A stretch of DNA of 64,000 bases from the NCBI GenBank assembly GCA_951406725.2, contig OX597823.1:79546001-79610000 (forward strand), read 5' to 3'. The first letter of the stretch is position 1; every line of letters starts with the position of its first letter. The notes beneath the pieces were generated by a model. The model ran no database searches and was not told the DNA's origin. It saw only the letters and a program-made list of their open reading frames with translations. Shown here in pieces: positions 1-13,092 of the stretch. Origin of the DNA: Octopus vulgaris. Its lineage: Eukaryota. The translations under genes were made by a program, and so were the position numbers.

Positions 1-466
1 AAACGTATATTTCTGCTCTATATAAAACTGGTAAAACTCAAACTAGTCGTCAGACTTGAATAACCATAGGATGTGAAACACAGGGTTGCGTTGTGATATA
101 TGTGTATGTTTGTTGGGTAGTTACGATGAAGTAGAGATGGATACATTTTAGCGTAGATTAGCTTTGTAAGGTAGACGGAGACCGATCTTGTTTGGAATGT
201 TTCAGTGTCGATCTGCGATGTCTGGAGATTATGAGATAAGTTAACAAAGAGGATTACAAACGATTTGGCATCAGCATGGGATGAGTGAGAATCACAAATG
301 TTGTGAATGTTGCTATGACCGAGAACGATGACTTCGGGAAATGTGAAGTAAGATATATATTCCAGCGCAAAGAAAAAGATATGCTTGAAGAGATGACCGT
401 GGTTCGAGGAATTAGAAGCCAGTTAGATATTGTTGATGTATTTAAAGGAAAGAGAGCGGGAGAAAG

Positions 467-469
<3 letters not shown>

Positions 470-512
<43 letters not shown>
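470..512. repeat. (GA)n microsatellite
   Basis: Pure GA run; explains the RERERE ORF. Confidence 0.95.
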
Positions 513-516
<4 letters not shown>

Positions 517-689
517 TTAAAGCAAATGAAGGTCATTATTGTTAATATCCAGATAAGAGAGACGAGTTATGAAGTAACGAAAAAAAATCTAGCCCGGACA
601 GTCGAGATATGTTTGAGGATGGGCTTGATGGATTTGGGTTTCGGAGGAGAATAGGCATTTTATCAATGTATAGTAGAGTATATAGTAAA

Positions 690-957
690 GGCGTATGGCC
701 TGGCGATTAAGGGTGTTGCGTTCACACACGTAAGATCGCGGTTTCGATTATCGGACCGGACAGCGCGTTGTGTTCTTGAGCAAAGCACTTTTCTTTCACG
801 CTGCCCCTGTTCACTCAGCAGTAAAATGAGCTCCTGGGCAATCTGAGAAGTTAAACCTGCGATAGACTGGTGATCCATCTAGGGCAGAGAAGGTTGTAAT
901 CTCACTAATACACCATCGAAACTGGATTAAGCTCCACCCTTATGAGTCCAAGAGCAC
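690..957 (+). mobile_element. tRNA-derived SINE family D (MetaSINE-like body), diverged copy
   Basis: tRNA-like head (tggcctggcgattaaggg...ggtttcgatt), then gttgtgttcttgagcaaagcact and cctgcgatagactgg...gaaactgg; aligns by eye with 36222-36468. Confidence 0.7.
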
Positions 958-2096
958 AAGATGCATTTAAGTCTATAGTAGAACATGTAGCGTACTTGAT
1001 GCATAAGTTGGTACAAGCCTGGTAGAGAATGAATATTTTTACATAGTTTAAATTTTTAGCGTTCGAAATATTTAAAACAGTTAAGCGCCAGGCATCGTAA
1101 CTTATTTGTTCAGAAATAATCAAAAGTCTATCTTTATGTCAGAAATTCATATATAATCTGTAGCTTCCACTTATTACTGTTTCCTCGTCTTTTATTTTCT
1201 CTATGAAGTAGAATGTAATTTGAGGAGAATTTGGTTGCTATTTCTAGTATTTCAAGCAATCTTGTAGAGGCTCCTGAATTCGCTCATAAGAGCCCCTCAT
1301 TGTAATCGCTTTATGATTTGGGTTAAAAGGATTGTTTTCACTTCTAAAGAACCATAACAACATTGTATGTCAATTTTTATTCGAAACTTATATCATTTTA
1401 GTTATCTGCCTTTTATTATTAATTCTCTCTAGAAAGGCTTCAACGCAGCAACTTATCAGTTTCCTCTCAAGTTAGGTTTGCGATCATCTGTCAATGTCGA
1501 AAACCAATGCTTGTTATTAAAACGTCATCAGGATATTAAGCAAAACCAGTTACGGCGCACAACTAATTTATAGTATAAATCTTTATGGAAAAATATTACA
1601 GCTCAGTAACTGCGATATGTATTCCAATAAATTATGTATACATAGAGGATACTTACTAACATTCCTTCTTCGCTGCTTTTGATTTTCTTACAGTTCATGC
1701 ACAAACACTCTGATCATTAAAAGAACAGAACGTGTAGTCATTAATGATATGCTGAAAAATTAAACACGTTTGCAGAATATATGTTGATCTTTAACAGTGA
1801 AAATCAGCCATATTGCATATAAAACTGCATGCTTAAACCAATCTGCAATATTGCATATTGCAGATCAGAGTGGTTTCTAATATCTACTTTCCATTAGAAC
1901 ACAAAAGAAGGTAGTATGCAACTAATAACAATATTAATATAAATATTTTCAAGCGTTAATGTTTGTCTTTTATGGGCAATTAAAAAATTACTTTTATTTT
2001 CCTGCTTTATACTATTATTATAGTACATATACACCTTCTTACTCTCATACCCATTTTCCTACACGTTTCACATTTCCACACCATACACACACACAC

Positions 2097-2130
<34 letters not shown>

Positions 2131-2131
<1 letters not shown>

Positions 2132-2362
2132 TACTCTTTTACTCTCTTTTACTTGTTTCAGTCATTTGACTGCGGCCATGCTGGAGCACCGCCTTTAGTC
2201 GAGCAAATCGACCCCAGGACTTATTCTTTGTAAGCCCAGTACTTATTCTATCAGTCTCTTTTGCCGAACCGCAAAGTGACAGGGATGTAAACACACCAGC
2301 ATCGATTGTCAAGCAATGCTAGGGGGACAAACGCAGACACACAAACATATACACACACACTC

Positions 2363-2393
<31 letters not shown>

Positions 2394-2540
2394 TACGACA
2401 TGCTTCTTTCAGTTTCCGTCTACCAAATCCACTCACAAGGCATTGGTCGGCCCGGGGCTATAGCAGAAGACACTTGCCCAAGATGCCACGCAGTGGGACT
2501 GAACCCGGAACCATGTGGTTGGTTAGCAAGCTACTTACCA
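2131..2540 (-). mobile_element. tRNA-derived SINE family A (CORE-like), near full length
   Basis: Reverse complement of the copy at 3151-3550; internal (TA)/(CA) tract; tail gactgaaacaagtaaaagagtaaaagag. Confidence 0.9.
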
Positions 2541-2800
2541 TATATATATACATACGTAAAATGAATTTGGTTCTCAACCCCGCGTTTTTACAGTTTGGTA
2601 TCAAAAATGCAGTCCTACAATAATTCTAATACTTATCCTTCTTGTTCTTCTGATATAACAACGCTATTTTTCACATTCTTCTTGTCTATTTTTGTATTAA
2701 TTTTTCCGATGAATCACAACAGTACAAAATGTCGACTTTTGCCACGTTTCTTTCTCAGAGTGTAATTACATTCGTTGTTTAATTACTCTTGCTTTTTGTG

Positions 2801-2802
<2 letters not shown>

Positions 2803-2892
<90 letters not shown>
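2803..2892. repeat. (TG)n microsatellite
   Basis: Pure TG run. Confidence 0.95.
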
Positions 2893-2896
<4 letters not shown>

Positions 2897-3150
2897 CGCT
2901 TGACCTTAATGCTGCGATCTCGATGTCGTAGTATATATATTCCTAGACTATGTGGCGTAGTATGGTGTGTTCTTAAGCAAAAAACTTCATCTCACGCTGC
3001 TCATCGAACTCCATCGATTTGATAACAGGTGTGAGCTAATTATACAGCACATATATTTAATCACTATAAATAAATCATTTGTGCAAGGTGTTTAGCAAGA
3101 AATCGCCGAAAAGTCTTTCTGAGACTATGACAGACTACCATTACCATATA

Positions 3151-3548
3151 AGGCGTAGGAGTGGCCGTGTGGTAAGTAGCTTGCTTACGAACCACATGGT
3201 TCCGGGTTCAGTCCCACTGCGTGGCACCTTGGGCAAGTGTCTTCTACCATAGCCTCGGGCCGACCAAAGCCTTGTGAGTGGATTTGGTAGGCGGAAACTG
3301 AAAGAAGCCCGTCGTATATATGTATATATATATGAATGTTTGTGTTGTGTTTGTCCCCCTTCCCCCAACATCACTTGACAACCGATGCTGGTGTTTTTAC
3401 GTCCCCGTCACTTAGCGGTTCGGCAAAAGAGTCCGATAGAATAAGTACTAGGCTTACAAAGAATAAGTCCTGGGGGTCGATGTCCTCGACTAAGGGCGGT
3501 GCTCCAGCATGGCCACAGTCAAATGACTGAAACAAGTAAATGAGTAAA

Positions 3549-3550
<2 letters not shown>
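3151..3550 (+). mobile_element. SINE family A, full length
   Basis: A box tggccgtgtgg, B box ggttcagtccc, CORE-like ggcaccttgggcaagtg, tail ggtgctccagcatggccacagtcaaatgactgaaacaagtaaa; more than 10 copies in the window. Confidence 0.9.
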
Positions 3551-3603
<53 letters not shown>

Positions 3604-3925
3604 TTATGAAGTAAAAAGTTATGAGAATTGGTTTTGCACCAATAAAACACTCAGCAGTACAGGCGACTCATCAGACTCAAATACCCGAATGCGCAATCTG
3701 TCTCTACCACTGTAGGGGTGCTGCTCGGACAATTAGTTTATGTTTACAAAACTAAACTGACCGTAATGTAGTTCTTCCTCCAGTTGTAGAGAGGGTGTAT
3801 GCCTTCGGCCGTATATTTATTTATATATATATATAAAGAGAGAGAGAGGGACATACATACATACATACATACATACATACATACATACATACATACATAC
3901 ATACATACATACATACATACATACA

Positions 3926-3958
<33 letters not shown>

Positions 3959-4399
3959 GCAGCATGCATTGTCGTATGGTCGCAGTTTCTCTTGCGTTCA
4001 TATACTCTTTCACACATTTTGTTTTACATTTTGCAGCTTGTTCAAAATCTCCCTCCTCACCAAACAGATTTAGTGAGGTGCCGGATTAATCATCGACAAT
4101 CTTGTCATCCATCAGATTGTATTGGATGACATATACTTAGAAGTGCCCTCGTGCAACATATTCCATATTACGTCCAATCGCTCATTTGAGCTTTACGTCG
4201 AGACTAGACAGTCCTTAAATGGGTGGCTTCTTGGGAAACCTAAGCGCAGCAATCATATCACTTTTTTATGGGCGCATGCGTAGCTGTGTTAGAAAGAAGC
4301 GTGCTTCCAAAACACCTGGTCTTGGGCACAGTCTCACTGTGTAGCACTTTCGGCAGGTATCATTTATCATAGTTTCGGACGAAAGGCTTGTGAGTAGAT

Positions 4400-4727
4400 T
4401 GTGTATATATATATGTGTGTGTGTGTGTGTTTGTTTGTGTGTGTGCATGTGTATCTGTATGTAGATATATGTGTGTATACATATGTATATATATATGTGT
4501 GTGTGTGTGTGTGTGCATGTGTATGTATATACACATATATATAAATATATATACATGTATATGTATTTATGTATATGTATATATGTATATGTATATGTAT
4601 ACGTATATGTATACGTATATAAGTGGGCATATATATCTGTGTATATATATATATGCGTGTATAGATGTGTGTATACATATATATGTGTATATAAATATGT
4701 GTATGTATATATGTGTGTGTATATGTG

Positions 4728-4794
<67 letters not shown>

Positions 4795-4840
4795 ACATAT
4801 ATATGAGTAAAAATATATATGTATATATGTATATATGCAC
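4400..4840. repeat. Compound TA/TG low-complexity tract inside an old SINE A (head ~4270-4400, tail ~5155-5300)
   Basis: Mixed dinucleotide tract flanked by degenerate SINE A halves. Confidence 0.7.
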
Positions 4841-4871
4841 GTAGGTGTACATGCGTCTTTGTGGTTCAAAT

Positions 4872-5139
4872 TTACCCATTATGAATCGACATGTTGTGTA
4901 CTTGACCAGGCTAACCTAGCTGATTAATTATCTTTGTCTATGACGAGAAACAATTAGCTGCAGATCATCAGATTCTAATAATTAAATAATTAACTTAAAG
5001 GTATATGCTTCAAACCTTTAGCACCTTCTACGTCATTATAAACCGGTTAGCCTTCAATTCATATTGATATTGAACGGAATAAATTATCTTCTTACATATG
5101 TATTATCTAATGTGGATATCTAGTGACTAAAATTCATTT
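4872..5139 (+). repeat. ~265-bp dispersed direct duplicate, copy 1 (copy 2 at 10036-10300)
   Basis: ttacccattatgaat...gtgactaaaattcatt aligns end to end with scattered substitutions. Confidence 0.9.
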
Positions 5140-5485
5140 AAAGTTCCACCACCCATACCGATTGCTGGTTTGTTTACGTCCCCGTAACTTAGCAGTTAAA
5201 ACATCAAGTATTGGAGTCAATTTCTTCGAGTAAACCCTTCAAGCCGGTGCCCCAACATGGCCACAATCCAGTAACTGAACCAACTTAATAATAAAAAGAT
5301 ATAAGACAGATTTACATGTTGGGTGTTGTTTTGTAATTACAAACCATCTCATTTTTTATGAGAAGAATACAAAGAATTTTAAAAATACCAAATTGAATTC
5401 AAACATACTTAAGTATATATATATGTATACACACATGCCAGTATACACGCATGCATAGATGGGTACATATATATGTCTGCATCAA

Positions 5486-5693
5486 GGCGGCGAACTGGCA
5501 GAAACGTTAGCACGCCGGGCGAAATGCTTAGCAGTATTTCGTCTGTCTTTACGTCCTGAGTTCAAATTCCGCCGAGGTCGACTTTGCCTTTCATCCCTTT
5601 CGGTGTCAATAAATTAATTACCAGTTGTATACAGGGGTCAATCTAATCGACTGGCCCCTCCCTCAAAATTTCGGGCCTTGTGCCTAAAGTAAA

Positions 5694-5697
<4 letters not shown>
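5486..5697 (+). mobile_element. tRNA-derived SINE family B, full length
   Basis: ggcggcgaactggcagaaacgttagc head, B box gagttcaaattcc, body gtcgactttgcctttcatcc, tail aaatttcgggccttgtgcct. Confidence 0.9.
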
Positions 5698-5767
<70 letters not shown>

Positions 5768-5770
<3 letters not shown>

Positions 5771-6058
5771 GGAGAATTCACAAAAAAAACAAAAGACGAA
5801 GATAGGTGGTGTAGACAACAAACAGATGTATTAGTAAAACGCTCAGGAAGTGAAAAAGTCTTTAACGTTTCAAGCCTACGGTCTTCCACCGAAAGACCAC
5901 AGAAAGAAACAAGGAGAGAAAATAAAGAATATGTAGTGGCTAGCTATCTATCACGGCGAATGCTGGACAGAGGGGTCACACAGGAGAGCTAGGAAGAAAG
6001 GAAGATAATAAAGTAGTGGTTATTCTAAAACGAAGGTGCGCTTTCGTGTGTATAACAG

Positions 6059-6060
<2 letters not shown>
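5768..6060 (-). mobile_element. Penelope-like pseudo-LTR fragment with degenerate hammerhead motif (5858-5897)
   Basis: Homologous to 37497-37673; minus strand reads gtcttt-cggtgga-agaccgtaggctt-gaaacgtt-aaagac; abuts (TA)n. Confidence 0.6.
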
Positions 6061-6122
<62 letters not shown>

Positions 6123-6624
6123 TGTGTGTGTGTGTGTGTGTAGAAGAGGGCTGGTGATCTTGACGTGTGCGTGTGTGTATGTGTTCGCGTGCAAAAAAGA
6201 ATAGCCAATTTAAAAAGCAAAAAACAATTTTAATGATTCAACAAGAGATTAACTGACTGTCAGTTCAATTCTTACACTTCTATCCATCATGAACCCCTAC
6301 AATGCACATCCATTACAGTTAGAGCATTTATTACATGCTTTGCGAACATTTTCAACGATAAAAGCTTTGCTATTGAGGTGTAAAGCGACTTGTAAATTAA
6401 CAGTTCCATTTTTGAAGTCAACCATTGCAAATTGAGTCAGGTTTCTCTTTTTAGTAATTATTCCTATTTCAGTCAGTTTTTTTTTTATTTTCACTTCGAT
6501 GATTTTTCTCTGAATCCAGTACCAGACACTCGGGGGACAGCATTTAATATTAAAATCAAAAACGTCAGTCTTGTTTCTAGCTTTCTTCTATTATAATATT
6601 CAACGCTTATTCTCTCATCCTAAA

Positions 6625-6646
6625 TCTCTCTCTCTCTTTTTCTCTC

Positions 6647-6732
<86 letters not shown>
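6625..6732. repeat. (CT)n microsatellite
   Basis: CT run. Confidence 0.95.
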
Positions 6733-6736
<4 letters not shown>

Positions 6737-6993
6737 GAGTGTGTGTGTATATTACCTTCTCTGTCTTTCTCGATAATTTAAAAATGCATTCACTCCCTCA
6801 CATTTCCATTCCAGCTTCTATGGGTCAACCTCTTGCACTTCTCTATTTATTGTTTGTATTACTCTCTAATATCTATCTTTCTTTCCTAACTTCCTTTTTG
6901 ACTACTCCTCACACCCATTTCTCTCTTAGACTTCCTTTTCCCCTCACACTCTGTCCACACACAGACACACACACACACACACATACACTCACA

Positions 6994-7039
<46 letters not shown>

Positions 7040-9436
7040 CGCAATGCCTTCTGTCTGCTCCCAAATCTCTCCGCTTTCATTTCTCTTCCTTTCTCTTTAT
7101 CAAACTTTCTAATTATATCATGTTTTTATTTGTCTCACTTTTGCCCTTTACATTTTACATTTTCTCTTCCACAACCTGATTCATTCGCTCTTATTATTAA
7201 CGGAGATTTTCCTCTGATAATCAAAGCTCTTTCACCATTATATTTTTCATAATTTCCAATAAAGTCATGTCTTCTTTTTCCTATCTTTCTTGTTCTTTTT
7301 TTATATATATTTTTTTATCTCCTACCTCTCCTATTCATTCCATCCCACCCTCTGATTTTCCTATCGCTTTCCTCCATACAGATTTTTTCCCCGGAAAATA
7401 AAAGTTATGGAAATTCACATGAACAACAGACTGCCGATAATCTTAGCCATTTAAACATATCTCTATGGCGGCTGAAACAAAAGTTACTACCAACAGCCGT
7501 CCGTGTATTCATGACGGACAATGACAGCCGGAATAAATAATTCGATGTATTAGCTCATGATGTTTTAGTTGCCAGCGTTGTCTTGACACCAGATCGTGAT
7601 ATAGTGTCAAAGTGAGTCCAAAACTGTATGAACGGGATAAAAAAATTACTTTTTTTTTATGTTAGCTGGGAGATATATCTTCTGCGTGAATGATATTTCC
7701 TGATGGTAGTCAGAAAAGTCTATAGATGTTTTGTCATTATGTGAAGAAAGAACTAATAATAAAAGCAAGATATTCTGTGTGAAATATAAATCCTAAAGTA
7801 CAATATACATCAAACCGTAGTTAACATCACCACAGTGCAAGCTAAGTTTATGAACCACGAAATGTTGCAGCTTGAGTAATTATATTCACTGGGCAGGTCT
7901 GGAGTATACGACATAGCATCTTCATTGTTATTTTGAATATATATTTTTTCCCTGGTCAGATTACTTGGACTCAAAACTTTTAGGAATTACTAGCACGACT
8001 ACAGAAGCATTCTTCTTGAAATCGTATATCGAAAACCAGACAAGTGACGGTGCCATTCTTGTAGAAATTTAACTCAACAATACCAGCGCATAAATGATGC
8101 ATTAATACCAGTTCTTATAATAGTCGAGAGAGGCGTATTAGTATATTTAGTTACAGCTTAATAGACTTGTTTTTTTTTTTTTATCAGTTAAACATTAGCT
8201 TCGATGTCAACTTGGTAATTTTGATTTCTCAACAAAGTCAATGTAATAGTTCCAATAGAAGGCAATTCAAATATTCCTATTATTGCAGTTGTTTAGTTGC
8301 AGATTAGCACTGATGGAGCAGAGGTCTATGAGTGAATTTATTCCAGCTAAGAGCATCTCATCTATTTTAGAGTTATGAGCAACTACATTATCTAATGTCT
8401 TTGCTTTACTTTAAAATAGTGGGAGATTTAAGAAAAAAAATTTACAGTTATTTCTTGTAAATTTAATGGCTACTTATATGCTACGCACTCTCATTGGCAC
8501 GTTTTACGCAATGTAGTTGACTAAATTTCATTCACAGCCGCGTGATCAATAGAATAGTCAGAAAATAATCCAGTGTTATCATCTGTGTAGATAACAAACC
8601 ACAGATTGTCATGAAATGTTGTTCAAACATGGGACCTCTCTAATAGATAGTTAAGTGATTTTATCGTTATGCTTAACGTCTAGAGGTGTCGCTGGTCATA
8701 GCTCCCACCCTTCTTGTCAGATGACATAGCTTAGAAAGTTGTTAAATTGGTCTTTCTGCAACCGGTTTATAAGGTCATTGATTATCTTCTCGTTCTATAT
8801 TCTATGAATTCTATACCGTCTTTCTTTCACGTTAAGTTCGGAAGAGCATGGGATTAAGAAAGTTAACTGTAAATTAACAAGCAGAAGACATTTGGAAACT
8901 ATTGCTGTATTTTACCCGAGAAACTTCGTGTTCTTTTAAGGAACATTCACAAAAGCATTCAACGACACAAATGGAATCTCCGGAAGGGAAACGGCGTCCG
9001 GTATATAACCTTATGAACTCTAAGTAAAGCCTTACCGGTATCAAATGATTTTTCGACAATAAAAAAAGAACATTGAAGAAAACTCCATCATTATTTGTTT
9101 GTAAATTGCGTACAATGTGTCTCAAGAGCGAGTTCGTTTAAGAGTAAGCATGAAATATACAAGTGGTGATATATTATAAAGCTTTAATTTTATCGTTAAT
9201 TCAAGAGTATCATTAATTCTTGGAAGATAAAAATAATATGTCATTTGCATCTTTGACGGTGGTATGACATGGATACTAAAAGATTCAAATTTATTGATGA
9301 GAGACTAAATAATTCAAATCGTATTTGATATCTTTTTTAAGACATATTTATGAAAAGAAGGGCAATATCCTTAGCTCTTTTAACAGTAAAATTATTGCAG
9401 GGGGAAGGAAGTTATTTATCTTCAAATCGAAGAGGT

Positions 9437-9720
9437 TGTGGGATGACGTCAGCAGCTGGGGAGCTGACCGGAACTTCAGGCTGACCGGAAGAGGAAGGGA
9501 CAGGAGTGACGCGCGTGCAGGCAGGGGAGCATTGGGCCCTTTCGATCGGGATAGTTGACAGAGCTTGACGTGTGAGCGCTTTGTCAAGGTAAGGGAAAAG
9601 AAGCTGCTATTTTTTAGCGTTCGGGTCGGGCCACGTGGAAGGATGCGTTACCGCCGGAGAGGTCTGTGTCGACGAAGAGAAGGTAGGTGTCTTTATTTCA
9701 AATCTCCCGCATACACCACA
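9437..9720. mobile_element. Solo LTR (284 bp)
   Basis: Termini TGTGG...CCACA, perfect 5-bp TSD GAGGT at 9432-9436 and 9721-9725; GC-rich relative to flanks. Confidence 0.85.
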
Positions 9721-10035
9721 GAGGTTACTTGAATGACTTCTTCAGTGTGGACGGACTCGAAAGGTACACTATAGTTGTGAACGGAATCTTCCATCCAAAA
9801 AGAGGAACAGCGAAATACTGACGTGCTTCTACACAGCTTCTGTCAAACTTTCATCTAAGGGAAACCAAATTTCCTTTAAATGATATTGCTTGACTTGAAT
9901 CTGAAGGAAAACTTTCCTACCCAATGTATCGCACCTTGAAATTGAATCCAAAACTAAGCAGCCTCAGTATGTTGACAACCATGTTTGTCCTCATGTTATC
10001 GCTGTACAAAGAGGTTATTCCGTGAAGTAATATAT

Positions 10036-10300
10036 TACCCATTATGAATTGACATGTTGTCTACTTGACCAGTTAACCTAGCTGATTAATAATCTTTGTC
10101 TATGACGAGAAACAATTAGCTGCAGATCATCAGATTCTAATAATTAAATAATTAAGTTAAAACTAAATGCTTCAAACCTTTAGCACATTCTACGTCATTA
10201 GAAACCGGTTAGCCTTCAATTCAGATTGAAACTGAACGGAATAAATTATCTTCTTACATATGTACTACCTAATGTGGATATCTAGTGACTAAAATTCATT
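10036..10300 (+). repeat. ~265-bp dispersed direct duplicate, copy 2
   Basis: Matches 4872-5139. Confidence 0.9.
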
Positions 10301-10699
10301 CAAAAATATATTAACCAGTATTTCATATCCGAAGAAATTTAAATCTACATCCACTTAAATATTTTGACTTCGGAACGCATCTTTCACTTTTCTTTTTTTA
10401 TATTTTTGATATCCTAAATTAAGAATTTAATTCACAGAAAGTTATTCATCTCTTAGCAAATAATGTAAATTTTATCACTAATTCTGGCCATCAAAGATTG
10501 ATAAAATATTTTTGAGGATCAAGCAATGGGAAAGCCCTTATCATGTTATATTTTACATGTTTACTTTTTTATTATTTTATTATGCTTATTTTATATGTTT
10601 GTTATCCATAAACACCTCATCGCTCAACAACATACACACGCGTGCACGTGTATGTGTAGGAGTGAGTGTCTGTTGTGAAATCCTACGTAAGTACCCCAT

Positions 10700-11112
10700 A
10701 TAGTGGCGAAACTGTAACAACTTTAGTTCGGTAGCTATGGTAGCGGAGCGTATGTCCCCTCAGGTCCTGACGAACTACAAAGGTACCAGACTACTGGCCC
10801 TAGAGAACGACTGCCTCACTGAAGCGCGCACGTAGTCTATTTGCTTGAAGTTGGAAGCCTGCCAAGCTGATGAGGTAACCAAACGACCTGTCAACCTAGC
10901 CAGCGGCTAGCTTATTTTAAAAGCTAAAACAATGCGAGAAAATGAGTCTCAGTACCCTGCCAATCAATCGGATTGCTCTATAGTGGCGGAGCGAGATCCA
11001 AGCGACCACACACTGCTATGAACCTCAGTATCCATAGACCGCCAAGGAATCGGATAAAAACCCTAGCCTTATTTACCTACAATTGCATATCTTTGGCAGG
11101 AGGAATCGGAAT
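10700..11112 (+). mobile_element. Probable 5' end of an RTE-type LINE (5' UTR plus endonuclease start)
   Basis: GC-richer segment ending in ...KTLALFTYNCISL, resembling the (I/F)xTxNxRSL first motif of APE endonucleases; truncated by a SINE A. Confidence 0.45.
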
Positions 11113-11118
11113 GGCCTA

Positions 11119-11501
11119 TCATGGTTCCGGGTTCAGTCTCACTGCATGGCATATTGAGTAAGTGTCCTCTACTAAAGCCTCGGGTCGACCAAAACCTTGT
11201 GAGTTGATTTGGTAGACGGAAACTGAAAAAAGCCCCTAGTATATATATAGATATATATATGTGTGTGTGTGTGTGTATGTGTGTGTGTGTGTGTGTGTGT
11301 GTTTGTGTATCTGTGTTTGTCCCCCGCACCATCACTTGACAACCGATGCTGGTGCGTCTACGTCCCCGTAACGTAGTGGTTCGGCAAACGTGACCGATAG
11401 AATAAGTACTAGGCTTACAAAGAATAAGTCGTGGGGTCGATTTGTTTGACTAAAGGTGATGCTCTAGCATGGCTGCAGTCAAATGACTGAAACAAATAAG
11501 A

Positions 11502-11502
<1 letters not shown>
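11119..11502 (+). mobile_element. SINE family A, 5'-truncated
   Basis: Matches 3151-3550 from catggttccgggttcagtc onward. Confidence 0.9.
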
Positions 11503-11570
<68 letters not shown>

Positions 11571-11600
11571 TATATACATATATATATACATATATATACT

Positions 11601-11631
<31 letters not shown>

Positions 11632-13092
11632 TCTGTAAAGAACGTAGTAGAGTACAGTATAAAGCTCGTCTACCTTCGTACTTCACCCTGTCTTATCCAG
11701 TAGTAGTATCATACATTCTTCCAGATTTGCGTTTGGGCATTTGTTGTGTGTGAATAGATAATTGAAAAAAATTGGAGTCATCAAGAAGGAGTACGGTTTC
11801 AATCACTACAATCATTTCTACACAACGTAGTTCTCCAGGTGTGCAGGTACTTGATTATGCAACCGTTTCCCTGCATTATATTGTCTAGTTGTGAACCCTC
11901 AGGCGATATGTAAATATTGCATCCGTATGTTCGAATTCTCGGCTCCAAGAACATCCTCTCGATCTGTCGTGGCCTAAATTTAGTAGTAGTTACTGCTACA
12001 GTGACCTACATCGGTGGGTGGACCCTGACAACTCTACTATTACGGTGGAAGGGGCCCGAAATAAAAAGCGAGGTGCTTTTCCGCCTGAATGGTTTGCGAA
12101 GCCAGCATTCGGATACAGAGTACAGTAGCACCTTCAGTACACAAAAGTTTACTCTAAATGATGTTCTACTCCAAGGTAAGTTTTCTGCAAATTCTAAACA
12201 ACTGGTTTGCCAGTGTGTGGTTTTTTCTGTTTTCTTGCTATGACATCTTGACTCTTCCTTACGTATGCTAGTATTTTTCACACAGTTAAATTGTTTCCTT
12301 TACAGAAATAGTTCGGCCAAACATCTCTTTCTTTTCTTTTGCCTGATCTCTTTTAATTTTCTATATTGTAACAATGGTTTCTCTTTTTTTTATATATATT
12401 GTATTTGATGGCATTCAGAACACATTCTTTTCGAAACAAAATATGCCCCAAAAATTCCTCCTGGCTCGTATACACAAAGTTGACCCTAAATCACATCCTT
12501 TAATGCACTTAAAACTTTTTTCCCCCGAATTTGCGCTGATGAAATTGGGGGTGCATCTGATACGCCCACGCGTCTTTTATGTCAGCAAATATTATATTGA
12601 ACAGCAAATTCAGTGTTTTAGTAGATATGTTTTCTTCATCATTGTATTTTCTTTTCTTACAGGCACGTATGTCTGTATGATGTTGATTTTGAAAGATTTT
12701 CCTTGTAGCCTCATTTTTTTCCCGAAATTGTCCGGCATCCAATTAGTATCCAATTAAAACCTACATACAAACATCACCAGCGAAAGCACTGCCCTGAAGG
12801 AAAAAAAAGAAGAAAGGAATGAATTTCTACAAGAGAAGGGGGGAAAAAGAAATACAAGAATAAAAATTAAGACATGTATAACACCCTAGGGGTATGCTCT
12901 GAATGTAGAAAAGCAAAAACTAAATGCCTGCATGATCAATGTCAAGAACCAACGTAAGTCCAAATAACTGTAACCAAAAGTAAATGGGATCCCACACTGC
13001 AATGCATGAGTACACCGTAATGTTGATAATTAATACGAAACCATACGTTTGATCATGTGCAATTTGGCCATTTCATTTAGAAGAAAGGATGA

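Noticed and set aside
10866-10890. CTGATGA-gg-taa-cc-aaac
   Set aside because: G12 is missing and there are no convincing stems I and III.
11980-12181. Exon ending at the perfect donor CAAG/GTAAGT (~12175)
   Set aside because: No clear acceptor or recognisable peptide; one consensus donor is expected by chance in 64 kb.
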